Positions 10,455-19,860 of a stretch of DNA of 64,000 nt are shown one piece after another. The notes under the pieces were generated by a model that saw nothing but the letters and a program-made list of their open reading frames with translations, did no database searches and was not told where the DNA came from. This DNA comes from a phage. A program made the translations under genes and the position numbers. The number at the start of each line of letters is the position of its first letter. Position 1 is the first letter of the stretch. Location: the sequence record NC_100327.1; one strand, written 5' to 3'.

Positions 10455-10487
10455 AATAAAAAAGGGGAGGGGGAGAACCCCCTCCCC
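10455..10487 (-). terminator. rho-independent terminator after major capsid gene
   Basis: GGGGAGGGGG-agaa-CCCCCTCCCC hairpin flanked by A-run (U-run on minus transcript). Confidence 0.7.
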
Positions 10488-10511
10488 ATATGGGATGAAT
10501 CACCTCAGTGA

Positions 10512-11522
10512 TTATTCACCACCTTTCAGAGTTGCTTTAACAACCAGCTCTGGACGGGTGTTAACTGCCAGCATGGAAGTTTCAGATTCAATCTTCTCTT
10601 CACGCAGGTATGCAGAGTGTTTATACCACATGTACAGTTCCTGTGCTGGAGTGTTTGCTTCGTTAACATCGTCTGCCGGAGCAAAGTGCAGCTGGAACAT
10701 CTGATCAATACCCATCGGCAGAATGCGAGCTTCTTTCTTAGGAATATTGCCAGAGATATCTTCGATAAAGGTGATACCTTTATGCTCAAACACACGGTAT
10801 ACGCTGTCTTGACCGCCAGCACCCAGACGGCGACGCAGAGGTTCCTGAGCAGAGCCGTAATAGGTATATGCCAGTTCTACCAGCGGGTGATGGGTAATAG
10901 CACTGAAGAACTCTGGTGAGCACAGGGCTACAATACGATAGCCAGCTGCGTTATCGCCAGCTTGCAGCGCGATGTGCAGACGAGCTTCTTCCAGAACCTC
11001 CATAGGATCCTGATCTGCTTTTGCAGGGTCAATCTCAACAGACTTCTGAGACACACCCCACAGAGTGTAGTAGTCATACTGACAGGTTGTGTCACCAGGT
11101 GCATAGGATTTACCCAGAATAGCCTGGAACAGCGCTTTCTCACGCAGTGCTTCATGAGAAACACGGATACGGCGAACAACGCGGGTTACTACATCCTGAA
11201 CAGTTTTCGGAGCATCTGGAGTGAAGTAACGACGGAAGTTCTGAACATCTGCTGCGGTGATGCCTTTGTCCAGAGGGAAGAACGGGATGTTCAGGTTTTT
11301 AACCTGAGCACGTTCACTACCAACGTAGTTACGCTCACCACCACGACGGCGTGCCGGAATATCGGTTACAACTTCATCAACACGCTCAATCTGAGCAATT
11401 GTTGAGGTGCCGAGACGGGTTTCGAACAGATCCATACCAGTAATCAGTCGGAATTGACGCGGAACAAGGTCCAGAGTAGCACCTAAATCAACAATGCCAA
11501 ATTCATCTTTACGAGTAATCAT
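10512..11522 (-). CDS. major capsid protein
   Basis: 336 aa, ATG with GGAG RBS, strong terminator downstream; position after scaffold; reminiscent of lambda-E/P2-N type coat proteins. Confidence 0.6.
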   Translation of the reverse strand: MITRKDEFGIVDLGATLDLVPRQFRLITGMDLFETRLGTSTIAQIERVDEVVTDIPARRRGGERNYVGSERAQVKNLNIPFFPLDKGITAADVQNFRRYFTPDAPKTVQDVVTRVVRRIRVSHEALREKALFQAILGKSYAPGDTTCQYDYYTLWGVSQKSVEIDPAKADQDPMEVLEEARLHIALQAGDNAAGYRIVALCSPEFFSAITHHPLVELAYTYYGSAQEPLRRRLGAGGQDSVYRVFEHKGITFIEDISGNIPKKEARILPMGIDQMFQLHFAPADDVNEANTPAQELYMWYKHSAYLREEKIESETSMLAVNTRPELVVKATLKGGE

Positions 11523-11570
11523 TTATTTCTCCAAAGTAAAACTTAAATATTTTCCCGAACAATTTAGGAC

Positions 11571-11960
11571 TTACTCTTCACCAAGAGTCTGGACGTGAAC
11601 TTTGTTACCCAGAGCTTCCAGCTTTTCAATAACAGCCTGCTTAGCTGCTTCACCGTTAGACCCCAGCAGCTTATCTTTTGCAAAGGTAACACCGTGAACT
11701 GCAACAACCAGTTTATATTTCTGACCTGTTTGCAGAGGCTCAGCAAGATGAACTTTTCCTGCATCTTTTACCAAAGCTCGGTCTACAAGAACACCATAAA
11801 CGTCTGAGCCATCATCGTTAGCGATAGTGCCAGTTTTTGTTACAACAGTACCAGCATGGTGGTGCTCTGTCAGTGTAATTTCCATCTCTTTAAAATTGTA
11901 GCCAGCATCGCTAGAATCAACTTTGCCGAGCACGATATCAGAATATTGAGCGGTAATCAT
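11571..11960 (-). CDS. head decoration/accessory capsid protein (position-based)
   Basis: 129 aa, ATG with GGGGGAAATAA RBS, between scaffold and capsid genes. Confidence 0.4.
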   Translation of the reverse strand: MITAQYSDIVLGKVDSSDAGYNFKEMEITLTEHHHAGTVVTKTGTIANDDGSDVYGVLVDRALVKDAGKVHLAEPLQTGQKYKLVVAVHGVTFAKDKLLGSNGEAAKQAVIEKLEALGNKVHVQTLGEE

Positions 11961-11980
11961 TTATTTCCCCCGTTAATGTC

Positions 11981-12958
11981 TTATTTGGTAGATTCTGCAC
12001 GTGCACGAGCAAGTGCTTTTGCAACGTTTTCAGCAAGAATTTCTTCTGCGGATTTTGCAATATCATCCACAACAGGTTCGCCATCATTACCATGTTCAGT
12101 GGTGGCAAACTCTTCTTTAGTTTTATGCACCTCTGCTTCCAGCTCTTCAATTTTTGCTTGAGCTTTCTCCAGCATAGCTACGATAGGTTCGTTAGCTTTT
12201 TCCAGCATGAAGTCAACCAGGGTTGCATGATCTTCTTCACCAACAAAGCTTAAAGCTTGAGCCTTAGTCAGCATTTTAGCTTTTTCAACTTCAACCTGGG
12301 CCTTGATGATTTCTTCAGCTTTACTCTGGGTTGCTTTCAGCTCTTCTACTTGCTTCAGCAGATCCAGATACTCTTTAGTTTTGGTTACGTCCACCGGATT
12401 CTCCTCGGTATTTGCGGATTTTGCAACATCATCCACCTCGGTAGTTTTATCCACCTCAGCAGGTTCCTGTACCGCCTTGATCAGGTTCCCTTCTTTATCG
12501 AAGAGATCAGCGGTTACTTGTTCAAAAATCTGTTGTGTTTTTAACAGGCTGTACTGATCTGCCACACTAAGCTGCTTGCCTTCTTTTGCAGCTTTATGAA
12601 TGGTCACGTTATCACAACGCTCTTCCAGCCATGCAATACAAGACTCTGCGTCAGCTTGCGCCCATTCCCAATCAGGATGCTCTTTAGCCCAAGCCTCCTC
12701 TTCAATCTCAAAACCAAGCATGTGTGCAAGTGCTTTAGCATCATCATACCACATATCGAAGAAACGACGCAGGTATTCTTCAAAACTAAGCTCCACAGTA
12801 ACTTGGCGAAGTGCCTTAACAATATCGTCTGTTAACTGCTCAGGCTTAAGATCACTCTTCATCAAAAGAGATACAGGTCTGTTGTTAGCGCTATAGCCTT
12901 GCGCCTTATGGCACAGGGCAATCCCCTTCTCTTTAATAGTAATCGTTTTTTCAGACAT
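11981..12958 (-). CDS. head scaffolding protein
   Basis: 325 aa, highly charged, predicted coiled-coil (EELEAEVHKTKEE...), ATG overlapping upstream stop. Confidence 0.55.
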   Translation of the reverse strand: MSEKTITIKEKGIALCHKAQGYSANNRPVSLLMKSDLKPEQLTDDIVKALRQVTVELSFEEYLRRFFDMWYDDAKALAHMLGFEIEEEAWAKEHPDWEWAQADAESCIAWLEERCDNVTIHKAAKEGKQLSVADQYSLLKTQQIFEQVTADLFDKEGNLIKAVQEPAEVDKTTEVDDVAKSANTEENPVDVTKTKEYLDLLKQVEELKATQSKAEEIIKAQVEVEKAKMLTKAQALSFVGEEDHATLVDFMLEKANEPIVAMLEKAQAKIEELEAEVHKTKEEFATTEHGNDGEPVVDDIAKSAEEILAENVAKALARARAESTK

Positions 12959-13377
12959 TATTCATTGCCCTCTTCTACAACACTGATCCCGAAGTTTACG
13001 TTGGTAATTTCACCAGTTTCTTCATCAACATTACCTGTTGCCTGAATGCTTAGGCCACCAACAATGCCAGCCTTCTTAGCTTCCCATAATTCAGGATTAT
13101 TGTATTTAACTTTAGCAACCCAAGAGCCAGCCTTGATGACCTGCTCAGTGCCAATTACTACAACATCAAACTCTTCTTGAATCCACGTCTTTTCAATAGT
13201 GAAAGCATCTGTAGAGGTCAAGTGAAAAAGGTTTTCAGAAACTAGGCCTGCGGCGTATGCTGCGTCCCAGTTATCTTTAGCCTTTTTGATGGTGTCTTTA
13301 CTCATCCACTCACCGTGAGCATCTTTAGTGTCAGGTTCGTAGATGATTTCGTAGGAAATCATTTCTTCCTGTGGCAT
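12958..13377 (-). CDS. head assembly protein (function uncertain)
   Basis: ORF track 12958..13533 overlaps portal 3' end; start placed at ATG (MPQEEM) with GGGGA RBS; no ClpP/U35 motifs recognised. Confidence 0.35.
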   Translation of the reverse strand: MPQEEMISYEIIYEPDTKDAHGEWMSKDTIKKAKDNWDAAYAAGLVSENLFHLTSTDAFTIEKTWIQEEFDVVVIGTEQVIKAGSWVAKVKYNNPELWEAKKAGIVGGLSIQATGNVDEETGEITNVNFGISVVEEGNE

Positions 13378-13444
13378 CTTATTCCCCATGTGGATTATTT
13401 TATCACGCCAAAGGAGGTTTTGCAACCCCCTGTGTTGATAATTT

Positions 13445-15001
13445 TTAATTTTCCATGTTGGATATGGAATTATCTCTGGTTGATGATATTTTAGAAGTGC
13501 CGTTTCCAGTGGATCCTGCAGCCATTCCATCACCAGCCCTACTGATGTCCTGGCCCAAGAGCTTCATCAGCTCTTCCTGATCCATGTCCTCGTCAAATCT
13601 TTCATCAAACCCGCCTACTTCAAGAATCTTATTAATTACTGCAGGAGTTTTTGGCAAGTAACCTACAGCACCGATCCTCTGGACAAACTTGGAGAAGCTC
13701 TCCATGTCCACTTCTTCGATCAGACCAGGTTTCAGTTTAGGCATATCATCATCTTCAAGGATGATACCATTCAATGCCAGAAGCTGTGGGATAAGATCTT
13801 TATTGAAGGCCTCAGTGATAATATCTATATCACGCTGAACAAAATGACCATGGATAGACTGTTTTGACTCAGACAGAGAGAAAGATCCGACGTTATCGTT
13901 ACCGAGGTTAATAAAGCCAGCACCGAAACGGTCAAGAATCGCCTTCTTACGGGCATCAATCAAATCTTTAGTGGAATACTGCTTACCCATACCGTCAACC
14001 CCCTTCAGGGTCATGGAGTAAAGCTCTTTACCAGACTTATCTCTATCAGACGGAAGTATAAAGAAACTTTGCTCACCACTATGGGCGTTTGCTGCGTCAA
14101 GCATAAGGTCTGCAACCATTCTCCCTTCCATTGAATTCGGGTCAATGCTGGCCTTGTTCAAAATATTGGAAGGAATTTTCAGCTCAAGCACACCACCAAG
14201 GTCTTTGGAACAGCCAACAACCTCAAGGTTTTCAATCAGAACTTTCTCACGGAAAGATCTGTAGCAACCTATCATTGGCGACACACCTGCAGGGTTAGAT
14301 TCTGTTCCTGACAGAGTCATGAGCATAAGCTTTTTAGCAGGGATGAAAATTTCAGGCTCATTAAAGCCTTTTGAAGGCATTGCAGCAAGAGGTCCAGCCC
14401 AGCGTGCATTCTGAGTGTTTAGAAATGCATTAGGTGACTGATAAATACCTGTCAGTGTTCTACTATTCTTGTCAAAGACAAACGGCTCTGATCTGGACAA
14501 ACTGGCCTGAGGTCGGAATGCAATTTTATCAATAAGAAGCATCCCGGCATATTTACCTTCTTTCTCTCTGCGGTATACTTTCTCAAACAGTGAAAAACCA
14601 TACTCGTTAAAGGTAGCTGCGCTTCTTGCAATATCTCGAAGAGTTTGTTGGTTTGCCAAATTACGCAAAGAATACTCTATAAGCTCGGCAGCTTTCTTAG
14701 AGTCTTCACTTTTAACATTATAAAGGATCTTAAAATCATTGAATGCTTTCGTGATGAAAACATACTTTGTATCTAAGGCAGTAGCAACTGTGGAATCACA
14801 TTTCATAGTCTCCACTGTAGCAATCAGCTGAGGCCAACGCAATTCCTCAACCATCATAGATTGCGATTCTGCCATAATTTGGGAAAGTGCGCCAGAACCG
14901 ATCTCACTCATACGAACATTATGAGTTGGTGCGCCTGCGTTCCCAGATTTATTCACAGTTTTGGCTGTGGCGTTGTGTTTCCTGCGGTTCTTTTTGGACA
15001 C
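13445..15001 (-). CDS. portal protein
   Basis: 518 aa, GTG start with GAGGGG RBS; size and position between terminase and scaffold. Confidence 0.7.
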   Translation of the reverse strand: MSKKNRRKHNATAKTVNKSGNAGAPTHNVRMSEIGSGALSQIMAESQSMMVEELRWPQLIATVETMKCDSTVATALDTKYVFITKAFNDFKILYNVKSEDSKKAAELIEYSLRNLANQQTLRDIARSAATFNEYGFSLFEKVYRREKEGKYAGMLLIDKIAFRPQASLSRSEPFVFDKNSRTLTGIYQSPNAFLNTQNARWAGPLAAMPSKGFNEPEIFIPAKKLMLMTLSGTESNPAGVSPMIGCYRSFREKVLIENLEVVGCSKDLGGVLELKIPSNILNKASIDPNSMEGRMVADLMLDAANAHSGEQSFFILPSDRDKSGKELYSMTLKGVDGMGKQYSTKDLIDARKKAILDRFGAGFINLGNDNVGSFSLSESKQSIHGHFVQRDIDIITEAFNKDLIPQLLALNGIILEDDDMPKLKPGLIEEVDMESFSKFVQRIGAVGYLPKTPAVINKILEVGGFDERFDEDMDQEELMKLLGQDISRAGDGMAAGSTGNGTSKISSTRDNSISNMEN

Positions 15002-15017
15002 AAGCTTTACCCCTCAA

Positions 15018-15054
15018 AACAGTATAACAAAATAGCCCTCGTGTTAGAGGGCTA
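15018..15054 (-). terminator. hairpin terminator between terminase and portal
   Basis: TAGCCCTC-gtgtta-GAGGGCTA hairpin with adjacent A/T-rich run. Confidence 0.45.
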
Positions 15055-15103
15055 GTATCTCCGATTACTCTATTCTACCACATCTAATTAAGATTGGCAA
15101 CAC

Positions 15104-15910
15104 TTAGATAAAACGCTTGAACATAGAAGGTGATGAGATTGATGGAATCACACAAGGAAGTGCTACCTCCTCTTTCTCCAGGAAATTAATCGCAGAAGCT
15201 ACACAGTCAGCCCAGTCGTCTTTTCTGTTAAATGTTGATCTTTCCCCGTTGAATTTTTCAAGTTCGGTCAGAAATGCTTCCAGAGTATCAGGATGGAAAC
15301 TGGATTTTACAATCCTTACCATTCCTTGTTGGGCAAGATTGGCAAAAGGTGAGAACCTTGTCAGTTTAGACTTGTTGGAAGGCATTGGGTCTTCTTCAAC
15401 CCTAAACCCTTCGGCGAGCAAGGATCTGGAGGAGGTTAAGAACTCACTCTTACCTGCCTGACCGGGGTCCACAGAGAATACGATTATACAATCATCACCA
15501 TCAAACTGCGCCTGTTTCCTGATGATCACATCTCGTTCACCAGCCTTTTTACAGAACTTGCCTTCCAGACCTGTGGAATACCTCCCGTCATCCACGTTCT
15601 CAGGACAATAATCACCGGACAGGTAATAAAAGCCGTCGCTATCTTTACTTACCTTAACACTGGCGGTAAAGTCAGGAAATTTATTACCGGAAGTTCTCTC
15701 GGTTCCTGCCTTATCCCATGCCCTGCAAGATACTGACCCAAGAGGTACTCTATCGGCATCACGAAGGAAAGATCTTTGAAAATAGTTTGCACCCTCAGGC
15801 TTTGCAAACCAGTTACCATGGAGAAGCTGAGCTTTTTCCAGCTCTGGTAGACCTTCGAGGAAAGCAAGGTATTCTGGGTTGTCTCTCAAACAGACAGGAT
15901 TATCGAATCC
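15104..15910 (-). CDS. terL: terminase large subunit, nuclease domain (coding segment 3 of 3)
   Basis: Frame open from 15910 to stop at 15104-15106; no ATG at 5' end (track M is TTG); AWDKAG and DDWADC nuclease-type motifs; 5' boundary approximate. Confidence 0.65.
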   Translation of the reverse strand, partial: GFDNPVCLRDNPEYLAFLEGLPELEKAQLLHGNWFAKPEGANYFQRSFLRDADRVPLGSVSCRAWDKAGTERTSGNKFPDFTASVKVSKDSDGFYYLSGDYCPENVDDGRYSTGLEGKFCKKAGERDVIIRKQAQFDGDDCIIVFSVDPGQAGKSEFLTSSRSLLAEGFRVEEDPMPSNKSKLTRFSPFANLAQQGMVRIVKSSFHPDTLEAFLTELEKFNGERSTFNRKDDWADCVASAINFLEKEEVALPCVIPSISSPSMFKRFI

Positions 15911-16883
15911 TTATATTCAAAGGTGGTCGCAACACCACCCTCCGCACCATTACGTGCTGCTGCATGTTACCATGCAGAGTAGACTATATCACCACCCATC
16001 TCAGGGTGCTTCGCTTTTCGAGCGCCATAAGCTTGCGCCCTACTCCCTCTCGGGATAGTCGTTGAACTACATTACCAATCGTAATTGTTTGAAATATAGG
16101 TGTAAGTCTTACGGTCTTTTATTCCTTTAACAACACTAAAACTTACTCCCCACTTCTTAGCTATTTTATTTACACACAAAACCCTATCACTAAGATCCTC
16201 GCAGATACCTATTATCTTGTGCTCACTTATCCTATTAGAGGTTGGCACTTTTCTAAAGTTAAACTCTTTAGAAATATCTGGGTATACTGAGCCATTCTTT
16301 ATACCACTTACAAGTGGTTGATTGACACCAAACATTTCACAAATGTCTTTTACCCTTGCACCTTGCTCTAACAGCCTACATATTTCAAGAGCAGTGGCAT
16401 CATCTAGGGACCTGTATTTATTGACATAGTCCTTTTTAAGTCCCATTTCATGAGCGTGATGTGTGTTTTCCTCAGGCGTTGTCCACTCAAGGTTCCATGC
16501 GGCGTTATTCAACTTATTACCATCCAGGTGGTTTACTTGAGTTTTCACGCTGGGATTATCATTATCAACAAAAGTCATAGCGATAACTCTATGGACTAGC
16601 ACTTGGAACTTTTTCCCGCCCTCGCACAAAGTGACCATAGCATAGCCAGTCTTTTTCTGCACATTAGGATGGAGGAATTTATTAGAATACAGACTGTAAA
16701 TTCTGCCATCGTATGTAGCACAATAATGATTGTAGCCTAAAAAGCCTAAATTTCTCATTTCAAACATCTCCCTACTACAGGTTCGGAAGGGTAATTATAG
16801 CTGCTGATTGTCCGTTTAGCAATCGGATTTTCCAGCAATTAACGAAGTTATTCGACGTGCATTTCTGCACGAAGCCACTATCA
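15911..16883 (-). mobile_element. intron-like insertion with HNH homing endonuclease ORF (candidate group I intron)
   Basis: About 970 nt between terminase segments 2 and 3; GC-richer non-coding flanks around a free-standing HNH ORF; boundaries approximate. Confidence 0.5.
16072..16767 (-). CDS. HNH homing endonuclease
   Basis: 231 aa, ATG start; NHLDGNKLNN...HH HNH motif and C-terminal DNA-binding helix region. Confidence 0.75.
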   Translation of the reverse strand: MFEMRNLGFLGYNHYCATYDGRIYSLYSNKFLHPNVQKKTGYAMVTLCEGGKKFQVLVHRVIAMTFVDNDNPSVKTQVNHLDGNKLNNAAWNLEWTTPEENTHHAHEMGLKKDYVNKYRSLDDATALEICRLLEQGARVKDICEMFGVNQPLVSGIKNGSVYPDISKEFNFRKVPTSNRISEHKIIGICEDLSDRVLCVNKIAKKWGVSFSVVKGIKDRKTYTYISNNYDW

Positions 16884-17207
16884 TTTAATGGTTGCGCCTA
16901 TAAACGAGAATGACAACGGTCTTGGCTTGATCTCCACACCCAGTCCGTTAACCGTGGTGTATTTCTCTATCAACTCTTCTTTAGAGTCTCCCCAGATAAA
17001 TTCACCGTCGCGTCGGATAAAATATCTTTTCTTACCGCATTTCTCCGGATCTGGATACCCTTCATCGTCCAACCACCATCTAACCAGTTTGGCAAGCATG
17101 TGTTCTGAATCGGGGTTACAGCTGATAACCATTCTTGATGGATACTTTGACTGAGATCGCAGACGAGACATCAGGTAGTCTATCTGCTCCCATTCGAACT
17201 GTGTCGT
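16884..17207 (-). CDS. terL: terminase large subunit (coding segment 2 of 3)
   Basis: Frame open between stops at 17208-17210 and 16881-16883; track ORF 16881..17171; VISCNPD motif-III-like sequence; boundaries approximate. Confidence 0.6.
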
Positions 17208-18087
17208 TTATGTTCGGGCAAGGTCGCTAGTCTTGCCCCGCCATTTTCAGGCAGCTGCATGTCTCCATGCAGACCAGACTATATCTTATGAATGTGCAAA
17301 TACTCTGCCGCTCTAAGAATAGTTTCCTCATCCTCTTGGAAGAAACCTAAAGCTCTGTTGCATTTATCACAAAGCAACCCTCTTACAGCACCAGTTTTAT
17401 GGTCATGATCAACACAAAAGAAATCTCTGTACCCTTGCGTCCTATACTCATCAAGAGATATTCTACAAATGGCACACTTATGATCTTGATCTGAGAGTAG
17501 ACGATAGTATTCATCTTTTGTTATGTGAAATTTCTTCTCAATCTGATAAAACTTTTCACACATCTTACACCTGTTCGTAACCAGATATACTTTACCATAG
17601 TCACGTTTTGTGTAAAAACTATCAGCGAGCATACTTTCATGACAAGATTTGCATTCAAAAAGTTCACCTTTCTTCAGCAAGTCTTGAATAAATAATGCTG
17701 CGTCATCTCTCTTAACCATATTTTTGTTTCTACGAGATCCACCATTCCTGTAGTACATATAGCATTCCTTGCATGTACCTGAGTATCCATCCTTGCTCTT
17801 AGATGATAAAAAGAAATCATCAATAGGTAGAACTCTTTGGCAATCCATACATTTTTTAGTATTACACATTCACCCTCCCGTTTCGAATCGCTTGATTCTA
17901 CGTCTTTCGACTAGTCGTTGAACGTTCATCCTCTCGGATGCTTCGCTGCGGATTATCTAAATTAACACACTGTTACCATACCTTCGATCTCTCTTCGAAG
18001 CCTCTATCATGTTACCATGACAGGTTGGTGGTGTCAATAATAAAGATTTCCCCGCAATTAGGGAGGTTTTACGAGAGCTACAAATTA
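17208..18087 (-). mobile_element. intron-like insertion with Endonuclease-VII-type homing endonuclease ORF (candidate group I intron)
   Basis: About 880 nt between terminase segments 1 and 2; structured non-coding flanks; boundaries approximate. Confidence 0.5.
17279..17869 (-). CDS. Endonuclease VII-family (His-Me finger) homing endonuclease
   Basis: 196 aa, ATG start; multiple CxxC pairs and CVDHDHKTGAVRGLLCDKCN motif. Confidence 0.7.
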   Translation of the reverse strand: MCNTKKCMDCQRVLPIDDFFLSSKSKDGYSGTCKECYMYYRNGGSRRNKNMVKRDDAALFIQDLLKKGELFECKSCHESMLADSFYTKRDYGKVYLVTNRCKMCEKFYQIEKKFHITKDEYYRLLSDQDHKCAICRISLDEYRTQGYRDFFCVDHDHKTGAVRGLLCDKCNRALGFFQEDEETILRAAEYLHIHKI

Positions 18088-18513
18088 ACCCTCATCGAAG
18101 CAAACCATGGTGTACTCAAGCCCCTGATGGTTAAGCTTATCTTGTACATACTCCATATGGCAGTATTTTACAACAGCTCCCTTTTTGCTTCTATCCCACT
18201 TACCAGTGTTCGGATCAAACCGTGGAAAAATGAACTTATGATCCTTCTCTCTGAACTTTGGCTTAATGTTTTCAGGCAGATCACTATAAATAGCTACTGC
18301 TTTAGGCCATAGTCCACCCTCACCTTCCAACTGTGGGGTTGTTCTTCGGAACATAACCACAGAGCTGTGGGGGTCATCAATAATTTTAAGTGGCATCAAC
18401 TGCAAGAGGAACGACTTGCCAGACCCTGCGGCACCGCCGATTACCAAAATATCTGCATCGTTTTCTAGGATCATCTTCTGCTTTTCAGAACACGGTCCGT
18501 AAATCTTAGACAT
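18088..18513 (-). CDS. terL: terminase large subunit, ATPase N-terminus (coding segment 1 of 3)
   Basis: ATG with AAGGAGAGAGG RBS; Walker A GGAAGSGKS; Walker B MVCFDEG followed at once by an in-frame stop. Confidence 0.75.
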
Positions 18514-18800
18514 TAACCTCTCTCCTTTGGAAACAGTGTTCTAATATAGTCTTGCAAAATGATCAATTTAGCTCTATCATTGCTACAAGACAGATTATTA
18601 TCCCTCATAATGCCAGAATTCACTGCATCTGGCGCACCTTTCTTCAAAGGCATAGCTTTAGCAGGTGGTTTCATGGCACCTTCCGGGGGTTTAACAATCA
18701 ACCTTCCTACATCCGGAGGGTCAATCTTGTATTCTCTCTCAACGCTGGTTGCACACCCACATAATAACAAGCACACAATAAACAGTGTAGCAACTCTCAT
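18513..18800 (-). CDS. o-spanin (Rz1-like outer-membrane lipoprotein)
   Basis: 95 aa; lipoprotein-type signal with LLLCGC; proline-rich mature region; ATG overlaps i-spanin stop (ATGA). Confidence 0.55.
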   Translation of the reverse strand: MRVATLFIVCLLLCGCATSVEREYKIDPPDVGRLIVKPPEGAMKPPAKAMPLKKGAPDAVNSGIMRDNNLSCSNDRAKLIILQDYIRTLFPKERG

Positions 18801-19195
18801 CTACCCTCCTGATTAATACTCTCATTATAAATATCTATAAGCTGATCAGGGAGTGTTGACTTCTTACCCTCAGGTGACTGGAGGTAAATAATCTGCTTTT
18901 CTTTACCTGCCTTCTCAGCCATATTTAATTTATCCTGTAGATCAGAAAGGGATTTTTCAAGGTTTTTAACCTCCTCTGCGTGGCCCATTTTAATTTTGTC
19001 GGCCTGCTTTTGTTGCTGATCAAGGATCCGTTCCCACTTTAACTCTGTTGCTGACACACCTTCTTGGTAGGCATCATTAAGCTTAGAGTTAAACCAATAC
19101 ACGGCCCCAAGATAAGCTGTACCTATCGCAGCTGCAAAAACTAAACCTTTTATGATCCCTCTATACCTGCTCAGCCATGTTAAAACTGAAATCAT
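18797..19195 (-). CDS. i-spanin (Rz-like)
   Basis: 132 aa; N-terminal transmembrane helix then charged coiled-coil; ATG with GGAG RBS. Confidence 0.55.
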   Translation of the reverse strand: MISVLTWLSRYRGIIKGLVFAAAIGTAYLGAVYWFNSKLNDAYQEGVSATELKWERILDQQQKQADKIKMGHAEEVKNLEKSLSDLQDKLNMAEKAGKEKQIIYLQSPEGKKSTLPDQLIDIYNESINQEGR

Positions 19196-19211
19196 TTTAA
19201 GGCTCCAGAAA

Positions 19212-19244
19212 CGAAAAAACCCCGCAGCTATACAGCTAACGGGG
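19212..19244 (-). terminator. rho-independent terminator
   Basis: CCCCG...CGGGG hairpin adjacent to A6 run (U-run on minus transcript). Confidence 0.5.
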
Positions 19245-19300
19245 CGGGTTAAAATTGAGTAACCTAAATAGATCGAAACTAACTAAAAGGAGACTAATAC

Positions 19301-19570
19301 TTATCGAGGCACTCGGTGGATGATTCTAACAGTAACTGCATTTTCATTCATCAAGTATGCATCTACATCTCTGTAAATATAAAACTTCTGCTCACTATCA
19401 ACAACACAAGCTACCGCCCCTTCAGAGTTGTCTTCAAAAAAGACCACCACTGCATCGCAGCTGAGTTCATGATATGACTCTCGAAGATTTACAGCCAGAG
19501 GATTGAAATCGTCACGAAAATCTACGGTATGGGTTGGATTTACACGCTCTACAATTTTAAGTGTATACAT
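19301..19570 (-). CDS. hypothetical protein
   Basis: ORF track 19301..19660 would overlap tRNA-Pro; start moved to internal ATG (MYTLKIVERV), 89 aa. Confidence 0.45.
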   Translation of the reverse strand: MYTLKIVERVNPTHTVDFRDDFNPLAVNLRESYHELSCDAVVVFFEDNSEGAVACVVDSEQKFYIYRDVDAYLMNENAVTVRIIHRVPR

Positions 19571-19616
19571 TTTAAAGGTTCCTTTTGTTTGTATATGTTT
19601 AAAGTATAACTGAAAG

Positions 19617-19693
19617 TGGTCTCCACGGAGTGATTCGAACACTCGACCTCCTGATCCCAAATCAGGCGCTCTACCAAGCTGAGCTACGCGGAG
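19617..19693 (-). tRNA. tRNA-Pro (anticodon TGG)
   Basis: Hand-folded cloverleaf: 7-bp acceptor with C1-G72, D-arm, anticodon loop TTTGGGA, T-loop TTCGAAT, encoded CCA. Confidence 0.75.
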
Positions 19694-19703
19694 TATTTAT
19701 TAT

Positions 19704-19779
19704 TTGGTGGCCCTGGGTGGAATTGAACCACCGTCTGGCGATTATGAGTCGCTTGCTTGAACCTTCCAGCTACAGGGCC
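19704..19779 (-). tRNA. tRNA with CAT anticodon (Met, or Ile if lysidine-modified)
   Basis: Acceptor GGCCCTG/CAGGGCC, anticodon loop CTCATAA, T-arm GGTGG-TTCAATT-CCACC, CCA encoded. Confidence 0.75.
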
Positions 19780-19780
19780 A

Positions 19781-19856
19781 TGGTGCTGATGGCAGGACTT
19801 GAACCCGCAACCTATTGATTACAAATCAATTGCACTACCGATTGTGCTACATCAGC
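19781..19856 (-). tRNA. tRNA-Thr (anticodon TGT)
   Basis: Perfect acceptor GCTGATG/CATCAGC, anticodon loop TTTGTAA, T-loop TTCAAGT, CCA encoded. Confidence 0.8.
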
Positions 19857-19860
19857 AAAA

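Noticed and set aside
12958-13533. Full 191-aa track ORF as a prohead protease overlapping the portal gene by ~88 nt
   Set aside because: The best RBS-supported start is the internal ATG at 13377, and no protease catalytic motifs were recognisable; kept as a head-assembly protein of uncertain function.
15104-17171. Track ORFs 15104..15889 and 16881..17171 as independent genes
   Set aside because: Their first codons are TTG with no RBS, and the frames stay open upstream to the intron-like boundaries; their products continue terminase motifs, so they are read as coding segments of one interrupted gene.
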